From NCBI GenBank assembly GCA_033763905.1, contig JANRJP010000093.1:29648-93647 (forward strand): 64,000 nucleotides of DNA. Reading direction: 5' to 3'. Below the pieces are notes generated by a model. It had not been told where the DNA came from and did no database searches. It saw nothing but the letters and a program-made list of their open reading frames with translations. The position numbers and the translations under genes were made by a program. Position 1 is the first letter of the stretch; each line of letters begins with the position of its first letter. Source of the stretch: Gemmatimonadaceae bacterium. Its GTDB lineage: Bacteria > Gemmatimonadota > Gemmatimonadetes > Gemmatimonadales > Gemmatimonadaceae. Shown here piece by piece: positions 1 to 8,970 of the stretch.

Positions 1-323
1 TGGATGCGGAGCACGGCGGCGTCGACATCGTCGGCCAACGCGAGCGTCAGCTTCTTGAGGTTCGCGATGATCTGGTGGACGTCTTCGACGACCCCGGACA
101 CGGTCTGGTGCTCGTGCACGACGCCGTCCATCCGGAACGCCCATACCGCCGAGCCCCGGAGCGACGAGAGAAGCATCCGGCGCATCGCGTTGCCGAGCGT
201 GTGGCCGAAGCCCCGCTCGAGCGGCTGCACGCGGAATTCCGCGATATTGGGATTGTCCTCACGACGAGCCGCCTCGACAAGCGTGGGGCGCACAAGGCCG
301 CGAAGGTCAATGGTATTCGACAT
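1..323 (-). CDS. rpoA: RNA polymerase alpha subunit (5' part, truncated by window edge)
   Basis: My translation from ATG at 323: MSNTIDLRGL...QPLERGFGHTLGNAMRRMLLSSL. GGAG RBS upstream; follows rpsD. Confidence 0.96.
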   Translation of the reverse strand, partial: MSNTIDLRGLVRPTLVEAARREDNPNIAEFRVQPLERGFGHTLGNAMRRMLLSSLRGSAVWAFRMDGVVHEHQTVSGVVEDVHQIIANLKKLTLALADDVDAAVLRI

Positions 324-434
324 TCCGTTCCGTCTCCGTAAGGTCCGATGGTGCGACAGTCGCACCATCGACGCCCGGCCCCGCCCCTGACGCGCGGCCG
401 GCTCGTTCGGGCGTCAGGGGCCCGACCGTAGTGG

Positions 435-1070
435 TTACTTCGAGTAGAGTTCGACGACCAGCTGTTCCTGCGCCGGGATCGGGATCGCCGCGCGCTGGGG
501 CTGCTCGAGCATCCGGCCGCTGAACGTGTCGCGGTCCACCGCGATCCAGTTCGGGGCCTGACCCTTCTTGGCCTGCTCCATCGCGCCGAGGACCGGCACG
601 AATTCACGGGCGTGCTGCCGCACCCGCACCTCGACCCCCGGGGTCACGGCGTACGACGGGATGTCGACCGTCTTGCCGTTCACTTCGACGCCACGGTGAC
701 GGATGATCTGGCGCGCGGCCTTGCGGCTCGGCGCGAAGCCCATCCGATACACGATGTTGTCGAGGCGGCTCTCGAGGGCCGCGAGCAGGTTGTGACCGGT
801 GATGCCGGGCAACGTCGCGACCTTCTCGAACGTGTTGCGGAACTGACGCTCCGAGAGGCCATAGATGCGCTTGATCTTCTGCTTCTCACGCAGCTGCTTG
901 GCATACTCGGACATCTTCTTGCGACGAGCCGCCTGCTGGCCGTGCTGGCCCGGCGGATAAGGACGCCGCTCGACCGGGCACTTCTCGGTGAAGCACTTGG
1001 TGCCCTTGAGGAACAGCTTCGTGCCTTCGCGACGGCACTGCCGGCAGGCCGGCCCCGTATAGCGCGCCAT
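435..1070 (-). CDS. rpsD: 30S ribosomal protein S4 (Cys/Zn-type)
   Basis: MARYTGPACRQCRREG, QLREKQK, LESRLDN motifs. Confidence 0.98.
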   Translation of the reverse strand: MARYTGPACRQCRREGTKLFLKGTKCFTEKCPVERRPYPPGQHGQQAARRKKMSEYAKQLREKQKIKRIYGLSERQFRNTFEKVATLPGITGHNLLAALESRLDNIVYRMGFAPSRKAARQIIRHRGVEVNGKTVDIPSYAVTPGVEVRVRQHAREFVPVLGAMEQAKKGQAPNWIAVDRDTFSGRMLEQPQRAAIPIPAQEQLVVELYSK

Positions 1071-1073
1071 CGG

Positions 1074-1451
1074 TTAAACCCTCCGCTTCTTCGGAGGACG
1101 GCAGCCGTTGTGCGGAATCGGCGTGACGTCCTTGATCGACTTGACCTGGAGCCCGGCGGCGGCGAGCGCCTGAATCGCGGACTCACGCCCCGATCCCGGA
1201 CCCTGCACCTTCACGTGGACTCGCTTCATACCCGCCGAGAGCGCCTCGCGGGCGGCCTGCTCGGCCGCGACCGTGGCCGCAAACGGCGTGGACTTCTTGG
1301 ATCCCTTGAAGCCCGCCTTGCCGGCCGAGCCCCACGCGACGGCGTTGCCGTTCGCGTCGGTGATCGTGATGATCGTGTTGTTGAAGGTCGCGTTGACGTG
1401 CGCGAGCCCTTCGGCATCCACGACCTTCTTGGTCTTCTTGCCCGTGGCCAT
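1074..1451 (-). CDS. rpsK: 30S ribosomal protein S11
   Basis: [31 protein letters not shown]. Confidence 0.98.
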   Translation of the reverse strand: MATGKKTKKVVDAEGLAHVNATFNNTIITITDANGNAVAWGSAGKAGFKGSKKSTPFAATVAAEQAAREALSAGMKRVHVKVQGPGSGRESAIQALAAAGLQVKSIKDVTPIPHNGCRPPKKRRV

Positions 1452-1828
1452 TACTTGGTCACCTTCTTCTTGCCGGCGATTGCGCGACGCGGACCCTTCT
1501 TGGTGCGCGCATTGGTGTGCGTCCGCTGCCCGCGAACCGGGAGACCGCGGCGATGCCGGATCCCACGATACGAGCCGATGTCCATCAAGCGCTTGATGTT
1601 CATCGCGATCTCGGTGCGCAACGCACCTTCGACGCGATAATCACGCTCGATGACCTGACGGAGCTTGTTGACGTCGGCATCGGTCAGGTCCTTGATGCGC
1701 AAGTCCGCGCTCACCCCGGTCTTCTCGAGGATCTCGCGGGCCGTCACGCGGCCGATTCCGTAGATGTAGGTGAGGCCGATCTCGACGCGCTTCTCGCGCG
1801 GAAGATCAACACCGGCAATACGAGCCAT
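1451..1828 (-). CDS. rpsM: 30S ribosomal protein S13
   Basis: [25 protein letters not shown]. Confidence 0.98.
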   Translation of the reverse strand: MARIAGVDLPREKRVEIGLTYIYGIGRVTAREILEKTGVSADLRIKDLTDADVNKLRQVIERDYRVEGALRTEIAMNIKRLMDIGSYRGIRHRRGLPVRGQRTHTNARTKKGPRRAIAGKKKVTK

Positions 1829-1845
1829 TCGGGTTGCTCCGGGGG

Positions 1846-1962
1846 TCAGCCCTGACGCTGCTTATGCTTCGGGTTTCGCTTGCAAATGATGCGAATCACA
1901 CCGTCACGCTTGACCACCTTGCAGTGTTCACAGATCGGCTTCGCACTCGAACGGACCTTCAT
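1846..1962 (-). CDS. rpmJ: 50S ribosomal protein L36
   Basis: [38 protein letters not shown] at the C-terminus of ORF 1846..2370; ATG at 1962 with GGAG RBS. Confidence 0.97.
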   Translation of the reverse strand: MKVRSSAKPICEHCKVVKRDGVIRIICKRNPKHKQRQG

Positions 1963-2016
1963 CGAAATACTCCGGACAGGAGGTTTTGTCCGAGACGCAA
2001 ATCCGGACAGACCCGG

Positions 2017-2045
2017 AACATAGACAGCCGAGGGGTCGGATTCAA
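2017..2045 (-). promoter_or_regulatory. putative sigma70 promoter of the rpmJ-alpha operon
   Basis: Minus strand TTGAAT-N17-TATGTT, about 55 nt upstream of rpmJ. Confidence 0.55.
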
Positions 2046-2126
2046 GGCCCCCCGCTTGACAATTTCTGGCGACTGACGTGTACAGCGTGTGTTCGGTGTT
2101 CGTTCGGGCCTGCCGAACGCCCCGCT

Positions 2127-2858
2127 TTACTCGGCGAGATCCGCCAAAACCGCCGCCATCGCGGCCCGAGGATCCGTCGCTGCCGTCACCGCGCGACCCA
2201 AGACCACGTACCGCGCCCCTCGGGCCGCCGCGTCGCGGGGCGTGACCACCCGCGACTGATCGTGCGCGGCGCCGCCAGCCAGCCGCACGCCGGGCACCAG
2301 CGGCCACAGGGCCGGCGTCGACGAGCGCACCGCCGCGACTTCTTCGCCGCTGCAGACGATGCCGTGACACCCAGCCCGCGCCGCCACGTCGGCCAAGCGC
2401 AGCACCTCCGCCTCGACCGACGGGACCGGCTTGCCGGCCGCCGCCGCGTACTCGTCGGCACTGAAGCTGGTCAGCACGGTGACCGCCAGAATGCCGCAGC
2501 CGCTCCCGTCTTGCGACGACGCGCCCCCCGCCCCGTCCACCGCCGCCTCGAGCATTCGCGCCCCACCGGCCGCGTGCACCGTCAGCAGGCTCGCGCCGTG
2601 CGCGGCCACGCTGCGCGCCACACCACGGACGGTGTTCGGGATGTCATACGCCTTGAGATCGACGAACACGCGCTTGCCGGCAGCGCGCAGCCAGTCGAGC
2701 ACCCGCGGCCCGTCGGCCGCATAGAGCTCCAAGCCCACCTTGTAGAAGTCGCAGGACGCCCCGAGCGCGTCGACCATCACGCGCGCCTGCGCCAGATCGG
2801 GGTAGTCCAGCGCGACGACGGGCGTCGCGCGCAATGTCGGTTGTGTTACGTCGGCCAT
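2127..2858 (-). CDS. pyrF: orotidine-5'-phosphate decarboxylase
   Basis: [32 protein letters not shown] at 2858. Confidence 0.95.
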   Translation of the reverse strand: MADVTQPTLRATPVVALDYPDLAQARVMVDALGASCDFYKVGLELYAADGPRVLDWLRAAGKRVFVDLKAYDIPNTVRGVARSVAAHGASLLTVHAAGGARMLEAAVDGAGGASSQDGSGCGILAVTVLTSFSADEYAAAAGKPVPSVEAEVLRLADVAARAGCHGIVCSGEEVAAVRSSTPALWPLVPGVRLAGGAAHDQSRVVTPRDAAARGARYVVLGRAVTAATDPRAAMAAVLADLAE

Positions 2859-3766
2859 TCCAGCGTTCCGATGATGTCGGCGATCGTCGTACGGTGCCGG
2901 TCGCACCAGCGCGCCAAGCCCCGCACGATGCGTTCGGGGGCGCGAGGATCGCGCATCCCCGCCGTCCCCACGCCCACGAGCTGCGCGCCCGCAAGCAGAT
3001 ACTGCAGCGCGTGCTCCGCCGTCGAGACGCCGCCCAGCCCGATGATGGGCAGCGACGGCAGCGCCTTGCGCACCAGATACGTCGCGCGCACCCCCACGGG
3101 CAGCAAGGCCGGACCCGAAAGCCCACCGGTGCCGAACCCGAGCATCGGGCGTCGATGCGCGACGTCCACGACGAGCCCGGGCATCGTGTTGGTCAACGTG
3201 ACCGCGTCGGCCCCCGCGTCCACGGCCTGTCGCGCCACATCCGCGATGTTCGGCAACGCAGGCGAGAGCTTCACGACCAGCGGCTTGCGCGTCGCGGCCC
3301 GCGACGACGAGACCACGGCGCGCAGGGCCGCCGGATCGGCGCCGAACTCCATGCCGCCCGCTTTCACGTTCGGACACGACACGTTGAGCTCGTAGCCGGC
3401 CAACACCGCCGCGTCATCGAGGTGCGCGATGACGGTCGCGAACTCGTCAACACCAAAGCCCACGATGTTCGCGAGGACGTTCGCGCGCCGGACCAGCGGC
3501 GCCAATTGCGGCAGATGCGTCGCTTTGACCTCCGCCATCCCGGGGTTCGCGAGACCGACGGCATTGATCATCCCGCCGTCGAACATCCCGACCCGCGGCG
3601 CTTTCGCCCCGTGCCGCGGCTCGACCGACACCGCCTTGGTGACCAGTCCGCCGAGGGCGTCGAGGTCGCACACCTCGGCCAGCTCGTGGCCGTAGCCGCA
3701 GGTGCCGCTCGCCAGCACCACGGGATTCTGCCAGACGCGACCCAACGCCGAGACCGAGAGCGTCAT
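2846..3766 (-). CDS. pyrD: dihydroorotate dehydrogenase, family 1B-like catalytic subunit
   Basis: ASGTCGYG, ELNVSCPNV, GGLSGP; ATGA overlap with the amidase stop. Confidence 0.93.
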   Translation of the reverse strand: MTLSVSALGRVWQNPVVLASGTCGYGHELAEVCDLDALGGLVTKAVSVEPRHGAKAPRVGMFDGGMINAVGLANPGMAEVKATHLPQLAPLVRRANVLANIVGFGVDEFATVIAHLDDAAVLAGYELNVSCPNVKAGGMEFGADPAALRAVVSSSRAATRKPLVVKLSPALPNIADVARQAVDAGADAVTLTNTMPGLVVDVAHRRPMLGFGTGGLSGPALLPVGVRATYLVRKALPSLPIIGLGGVSTAEHALQYLLAGAQLVGVGTAGMRDPRAPERIVRGLARWCDRHRTTIADIIGTLEWPT

Positions 3767-5046
3767 CGGCCGCCCCCAGCCCCGGACACCCGGCGCTCGT
3801 AGCGCTCGAGGTACGTGACCGCGGCCTCGGCGATGGCATCCGCCATTCGTGACTGCTCGCGGCGATCGGTCATCCACGACGCCTCGCGCGGGTTGGTCCC
3901 GAAGCCGATCTCGATCAGGACCGCCGGCATAAAGGCGGTCACGAGCACTCGGAATCCGGCCTGCTTCACGCCGCGGTTCGGTCCCGGATGGACGCGTCGC
4001 AAGGCGCCCTGCACGAGCTGCGCGACGTCATTCGATTCCCGCAGGTGCTCGTTCTGGGCCATATCGTTGAGGAGGAAACTCAGGTCGTCGCCCGCCGGGG
4101 CGTCGGCGGTGGTCTCGAAGCGGACCGCTTCGTTTTCCATCTGCGCGACGCGGCGTTCGTCTTCGGTCTTGGCTTCGCTCAGAAAATACGTCTCGAAGCC
4201 GCGCGCGGCGCCCGGCGACTTCCAGCGCGGATTCGCCGCATTGACGTGGATGCTCAGGAACAGGTCGCCCTTCGCGCGGTTCGCGATGCGCCCGCGGTCG
4301 GACAACGCAATCAACGTGTCGGTGGTGCGCGTCATCACCACGCGCACCCCGCGCGCGCGCAGTGCGGACGCGACCTCGCGCGCGACGTCGAGGGTGATGT
4401 CCGCTTCGTACACGCAGGCGCTCCCGCGGCAGCCCCAGGGCCCGTGCATCCCGCGGTCCGGGCCACCGTGGCCGGCATCGACGATGACGGTGCGCTGGCT
4501 CGGGGGCCCATCGCGGGTCGGTCGCGGCGCCCCGATCGTGCGGTTCGGCGGCTCGGTCGGCGGCGTCCGGCGCGCTGGGATCGACGTCGTGACCGGCCGC
4601 TCGGCCACGGCGCGCTCCGGGACGGCCATCCGGAACACGCGCAGTTCGGTGCGCGACGGTTCGTACACCACGCCCGGCACGACCCGTGGCAGCACGTCGG
4701 TGGCGACTTGCGACGGCACCCAGAGCTGGCCCTCCCGCTCGCGCGGCGCATCAGCCAACGGCACGAGGTCGTCATCGGCTCGAAGCCACCGAAGATCGGC
4801 ATCGACACTGATGGTGCGCGGGCCGAGGACCAGCGTGCGCGCCGCCCCGGGCCGGTCGCGGTACACGGCACCGAGGGCGGCCGCGAGTTGGTCGGCACGA
4901 AGGAGGCGCACGCCGTCGATCTCGCGCGTCGTGACCCGCGTGACGCGCTCGCCGGCGACGACGATGATCGACGGCACGCCGACGACGGCCGTCGGCCCTG
5001 CCACCGCGCCGGCGGCCACCTGCAGCGCCAGCGCGACGCCGATCAC
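3763..5046 (-). CDS. N-acetylmuramoyl-L-alanine amidase (Amidase_3, AmiC-like)
   Basis: VIVDAGHGG, FLSIHVNA, GFETYFL, PAVLIEIGF; signal-like N-terminus. Confidence 0.9.
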   Translation of the reverse strand: MIGVALALQVAAGAVAGPTAVVGVPSIIVVAGERVTRVTTREIDGVRLLRADQLAAALGAVYRDRPGAARTLVLGPRTISVDADLRWLRADDDLVPLADAPREREGQLWVPSQVATDVLPRVVPGVVYEPSRTELRVFRMAVPERAVAERPVTTSIPARRTPPTEPPNRTIGAPRPTRDGPPSQRTVIVDAGHGGPDRGMHGPWGCRGSACVYEADITLDVAREVASALRARGVRVVMTRTTDTLIALSDRGRIANRAKGDLFLSIHVNAANPRWKSPGAARGFETYFLSEAKTEDERRVAQMENEAVRFETTADAPAGDDLSFLLNDMAQNEHLRESNDVAQLVQGALRRVHPGPNRGVKQAGFRVLVTAFMPAVLIEIGFGTNPREASWMTDRREQSRMADAIAEAAVTYLERYERRVSGAGGGR

Positions 5047-5522
5047 CGACGACTCCGCATCGCCCGCGCGATATCGCGGGCGGCTTCCTTCTCCTTGAGA
5101 TCTTCGCGCTTGTCGTGCGCCTTCTTGCCGCGCCCCAGCGCCATCCGGATCTTGGCGATGCCGTTGGGCGCGAAGTACAGCTCGAGCGGAACCAGGGAGA
5201 GCCCCTTTCGCTCGAGTGCCCCGATCAGCTTGGTGATTTCGCGCTTGTGCAGCAGCAGCTTGCGCGTGCGGGTCGGCGCGTGATTGCTGTAGCCGCCCTG
5301 CGCGTACGGATTGATGTGCGCGTTGAGCAACCAGAGCTCGCCGTCCTTGATGACGCCGAACGCATCGGTGATGTTGGCGCGCCCGTCGCGCAGCGACTTG
5401 ACCTCGCTACCGGTCAGCACGAGGCCGGCCTCGACCGTGTCGAGGATCTCGTACTCGTGCCGGGCGCGGCGGTTCTGCGCGACCGGGATCTTTTTCGGTT
5501 CGTCGGCGGGAGTCGTTGCCAC
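5043..5522 (-). CDS. smpB: SsrA-binding protein
   Basis: NRRARHEY, EAGLVLTGSEVKSLR, RKLLLH, GKKAHDKR; GTG start estimated. Confidence 0.96.
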   Translation of the reverse strand: MATTPADEPKKIPVAQNRRARHEYEILDTVEAGLVLTGSEVKSLRDGRANITDAFGVIKDGELWLLNAHINPYAQGGYSNHAPTRTRKLLLHKREITKLIGALERKGLSLVPLELYFAPNGIAKIRMALGRGKKAHDKREDLKEKEAARDIARAMRSRR

Positions 5523-5549
5523 GCCGAAAGTTACCACGCCGACGTTGAA

Positions 5550-5578
5550 TTGACGCAGCGGCCCCCAGCGACTAGACT
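5550..5578 (+). promoter_or_regulatory. putative sigma70 promoter of tRNA-Leu
   Basis: TTGACG-N17-TAGACT, 9 nt before the tRNA. Confidence 0.7.
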
Positions 5579-5587
5579 TGAAGTTCT

Positions 5588-5671
<84 letters not shown>

Positions 5672-5698
5672 CGTACGAGATGGTGCAACAGCCTGACC

Positions 5699-5730
5699 GC
5701 GGCGGTGTGTCCTTCGGGATGCACCGCCGC
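5699..5730. terminator. hairpin between convergent tRNA-Leu and downstream CDS
   Basis: GCGGCGGTGTGTCC-TTCG-GGATGCACCGCCGC with cUUCGg loop. Confidence 0.6.
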
Positions 5731-5747
5731 GCGGCGTTTCGGGACCG

Positions 5748-6302
5748 TCAGCCCAGAGCCTGCGATGGGGCGACGTCTTCTGGGAGTTGGGCGGTGCCGT
5801 AGGCCGCGCGGAGGAGATCGGCCGCCTGTGTGCCGTAGCCGCTGAGGATGCTGCCCGCGCGACTGATCGCCGCCTGGTGATCCCCGGTAATCGCGCCCGC
5901 AAACGTGAGCAGTTCGCGCGCCATTCGCGCCGCGACGGGCTCTTTGCCATCCCGCTTCGCCATGGCGGCCCGGTACGCAGCGAGTCGCGTCTGAAACTGG
6001 GCGAGCGCCATCTCGAGCCGATCGGCCGCGATGTGCGGATCGCGGGAGAAGCTGGCGATGAGGGCCGCCGAGACCTCCTGCGCGGTCCGATCGTTGAGGG
6101 CGTCGCGCTCGGCGATCAGCAGCCCGACCGCACGGCGCGCGTAGCGCAGCTCCCACGCGGCGTGGTCTTCGTCGCGGCGAAGCATCAAGGAGGCCAGCCA
6201 CTCGATGTCCGCCGGCTCCGGCGCCACGTGCAGCCCGCTGATCACCTGCTCCGCCGCGCGTCGCGCAGGAGCAGACCACGCCTTGAAGAGTCCGGACAGC
6301 AC
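5748..6302 (-). CDS. hypothetical alpha-helical protein
   Basis: Coding-like 3' part of ORF 5748..6509; GTG start just after the Rrf2 stop. Confidence 0.65.
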   Translation of the reverse strand: MLSGLFKAWSAPARRAAEQVISGLHVAPEPADIEWLASLMLRRDEDHAAWELRYARRAVGLLIAERDALNDRTAQEVSAALIASFSRDPHIAADRLEMALAQFQTRLAAYRAAMAKRDGKEPVAARMARELLTFAGAITGDHQAAISRAGSILSGYGTQAADLLRAAYGTAQLPEDVAPSQALG

Positions 6303-6310
6303 GCGAACGG

Positions 6311-6781
6311 TCAGCGCTGCAGCACCGGCAACGCCCGGTCTTCCACCCCGAGGTGCACGCGCACGTCCCGCTCGTTGTGCAGCAGTTCCGCCAGCGAGAC
6401 GCCTTCGAGCACATCGTCGATCTTCTTCTGCAGCATCATCCACACCGGCCGGATGGAGCAGTGGGCGTTGTCGCCGCAACGTTCCTCCGACACCGGATGG
6501 GCCACGCAATGGAGCTCGAAGGTCTGCAGTTCGGAGGCGGCGATCACATCACGCACCGTGAGCGCTTCGGGCGGCTTCGCCAAGGCGTATCCGCCGCGCG
6601 CCCCGCGGGTGCTGTTCACGATGCCCGCGCGGCGGAGCCGCAGCAGGATCTGCTCGACGTAGTCGGCGGGCAGACGTTCCTGCGCCGCGATGTCGCGGCC
6701 AGTCACCGGCCCTTCACCTGCGCGCCGCGCCAGATGCAGTGCGCAGATCAGTCCGTATTCAGCCCAAGTCGTGATGCGCAT
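6311..6781 (-). CDS. Rrf2 family transcriptional regulator (IscR-like, 3 C-terminal Cys)
   Basis: YVEQILLRLRRAGIVNSTRGARGGYAL; C-x9-C-x5-C. Confidence 0.93.
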   Translation of the reverse strand: MRITTWAEYGLICALHLARRAGEGPVTGRDIAAQERLPADYVEQILLRLRRAGIVNSTRGARGGYALAKPPEALTVRDVIAASELQTFELHCVAHPVSEERCGDNAHCSIRPVWMMLQKKIDDVLEGVSLAELLHNERDVRVHLGVEDRALPVLQR

Positions 6782-6811
6782 ACGTGACTGTAGAGGAATC
6801 CGGGAAAGTGT

Positions 6812-7288
6812 TCAAGTGGGGATTTCCTTACCTCCCGTCGGTGCCGAACGCAGCCCGACAACCGGCGCCAAGGCCGCGCCAAGCATCGCCGCCCCCAGCA
6901 CCGCCACGCTTACTCCGTGCAAGCGACCGAAGGTGGCCCGCCGCGGATCCTCCGGAGGCACCGATTCGAGATTCGCCGGGAGCTGTTCGCGCAGCGCGCG
7001 GATGCGCGGCGCAATGCCGAATTGCGCGACGCCACAGCCGAGCAGACAGCAGGCGAGCCCGAGCTGCCACCAGCGACGCAGGCGCATCGGGCGGCGGGCC
7101 GTGAGCCCCAGGGCCATCAGCGCCACGACGATGCCGCTGAGGAAGATGACGGGCAGCACCTGGCCGACCACCGCCCCGGCCAGCATCCGCGCTGGCAGCA
7201 CGCGAAACGCGGCGGGCGCGACGACCGCGGTGAACAACACGCTCGCGCCAAGCCACGCCGCGAGCAGCAGATTCGCGGCGGCGATCAC
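6812..7288 (-). CDS. DUF4149-like membrane protein
   Basis: VVAPAAFRVL, FGRLHGVS, four hydrophobic segments; GTG overlaps the upstream stop. Confidence 0.8.
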   Translation of the reverse strand: MIAAANLLLAAWLGASVLFTAVVAPAAFRVLPARMLAGAVVGQVLPVIFLSGIVVALMALGLTARRPMRLRRWWQLGLACCLLGCGVAQFGIAPRIRALREQLPANLESVPPEDPRRATFGRLHGVSVAVLGAAMLGAALAPVVGLRSAPTGGKEIPT

Positions 7289-7935
7289 GCGGCCCCACCG
7301 ACCACGCGAGCCGCCCCAGACAGGAAGGGGTTGGTCGCGCGCTCGCGGCCGATCGTAGTCGTCGGCCCGTGACCGGGATGCACCACGGTCTCGGACGGAA
7401 GGGACGCGATGCGGGCCAAGGACGTCTGCATCGCCGCGGGATCGCACATCGGCAGGTCGGTACGTCCGATCGACCCTTGGAACAACACGTCGCCGCTCAG
7501 CACGACGCCATCCCCGACGAACATCACGTGCCCCGGCGCGTGTCCGGGGACGTGCTGCACGGTGAAGCGATGCGCGCCCACCGACAGGACATCCCCCTCG
7601 CCGATCATCACGTCGGCCGGCGGCGGCGTCTCGACCGAGAGCCCCCACCGCGCGGCCGCCGCACCGGCCAGCGCCAGCAAGGGGGTGTCGGCGCTGTGCA
7701 AATGCACGGGCACCTGCGGATGCTGTCGCTTGATACCGGCGATCGCGCCGATGTGATCGAAGTGCGCGTGGGTCAGCCAGATCGCACGCAACGTCGCTCC
7801 GGCGGCCGCGACCGCCTCGAGCAGCCGTTCCGCTTCGTCGCCAGGGTCCACGAGCACGGCCTCCCGCGATGCGGGATCGACGAGGAGCCAGCAGTTCTCT
7901 TCCAGCGGGCCGACCGTGATGCCAATCGGCTTCAC
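7285..7935 (-). CDS. MBL-fold metallo-hydrolase (glyoxalase II/YcbL-like)
   Basis: THAHFDHIG, PGHAPGH, GDVLFQGSIGRTD, PGHG. Confidence 0.92.
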   Translation of the reverse strand: MKPIGITVGPLEENCWLLVDPASREAVLVDPGDEAERLLEAVAAAGATLRAIWLTHAHFDHIGAIAGIKRQHPQVPVHLHSADTPLLALAGAAAARWGLSVETPPPADVMIGEGDVLSVGAHRFTVQHVPGHAPGHVMFVGDGVVLSGDVLFQGSIGRTDLPMCDPAAMQTSLARIASLPSETVVHPGHGPTTTIGRERATNPFLSGAARVVGGAA

Positions 7936-8924
7936 GCGCCGTGCCCCGCCGCGATCGGCGCGGGCTTGGTCTCGCCAAGCCCGTGGTGCGCCAGCCAGCG
8001 TTCGGCCTCGAGCGCGGCCTGACAGCCCGAGCCCGCCGCGGTGATCGCCTGCCGGTAGTAGTCGTCGGTCACGTCGCCCGCGGCGAAGACGCCGGGAATG
8101 CTCGTGGCCATGCGGCCCGGCTGCACCGCGAGATACCCGGCGTCGGTGAGGGTGAGCTGGCCGTTGAGGAAGCCGGTATTCGGCGTGTGCCCGATCGCGA
8201 CGAAGAGTCCGCCAACGCTGAGTTCGCGCTGCGCGCCGGTCACCGTGTCCGCAATCGTGAGCCCGCGAATCTCCTGTTCCCCGAGCACCTCGACCACGCG
8301 CGTGTTCCAGAGCACTTCAACCTTCGGGTGGTTGAGCACCCGGTCGGCCATCACCTTCGACGCGCGGAAGCTGTCGCGGCGATGGAGCACGTAGACCTTC
8401 GATGCGAACTTCGTGAGGTACATCGTCTCTTCCATCGCGGTGTCCCCGCCGCCCACGACCGCGAGCACCTTGTTGCGGTAGAACGGCAGGGCGCCGTCGC
8501 ACACCGCGCAGGCACTGACGCCGCCACCCGACTGGGCCAGGCGCTCCTCGTGCGGCACGCCAAGCCACTTGGCATACGCCCCGGTGGCCACGATCACGGT
8601 GAGCGCCTGCACCGGCTCGGAGTAGTTCGGCGTGACGGTAAAGGGATGGCTGCCGAGCGCGACCGCCTTGACGTTTTCGGACATCACGCGCACGCCGAAG
8701 CGGAGCGCCTGCGCCTTCATCCGCTCCATCAGCTCGGGGCCGGTGATGCCTTCGGGAAAGCCCGGGAAGTTCTCGACCTCGGTCGTGGTCATCAGCTGAC
8801 CGCCCGGCAGCACAATGCCCTGCGGCTCGCCCTCGTACACCACGGGACCGAGGTTCGCGCGGGCAGCGTAGATGGCCGCGGTCCACGCGGCAGGACCGGA
8901 CCCGATGATGACGACGTTTTCCAT
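7932..8924 (-). CDS. trxB: thioredoxin-disulfide reductase
   Basis: IGSGPAA, GGQL, SACAVCDG, GGGDTA, YRQAITAAG; ATG at 8924. Confidence 0.96.
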   Translation of the reverse strand: MENVVIIGSGPAAWTAAIYAARANLGPVVYEGEPQGIVLPGGQLMTTTEVENFPGFPEGITGPELMERMKAQALRFGVRVMSENVKAVALGSHPFTVTPNYSEPVQALTVIVATGAYAKWLGVPHEERLAQSGGGVSACAVCDGALPFYRNKVLAVVGGGDTAMEETMYLTKFASKVYVLHRRDSFRASKVMADRVLNHPKVEVLWNTRVVEVLGEQEIRGLTIADTVTGAQRELSVGGLFVAIGHTPNTGFLNGQLTLTDAGYLAVQPGRMATSIPGVFAAGDVTDDYYRQAITAAGSGCQAALEAERWLAHHGLGETKPAPIAAGHGA

Positions 8925-8970
8925 TCGACCCTCGTGAGACGTGCAGCGGACAGTGTGGCGCCGCCGAAAT

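Noticed and set aside
2056..2126. Plus-strand TTGACA promoter for an antisense RNA to pyrF
   Set aside because: The best -10 (TACAGC) is 19 nt away and there is no other support.
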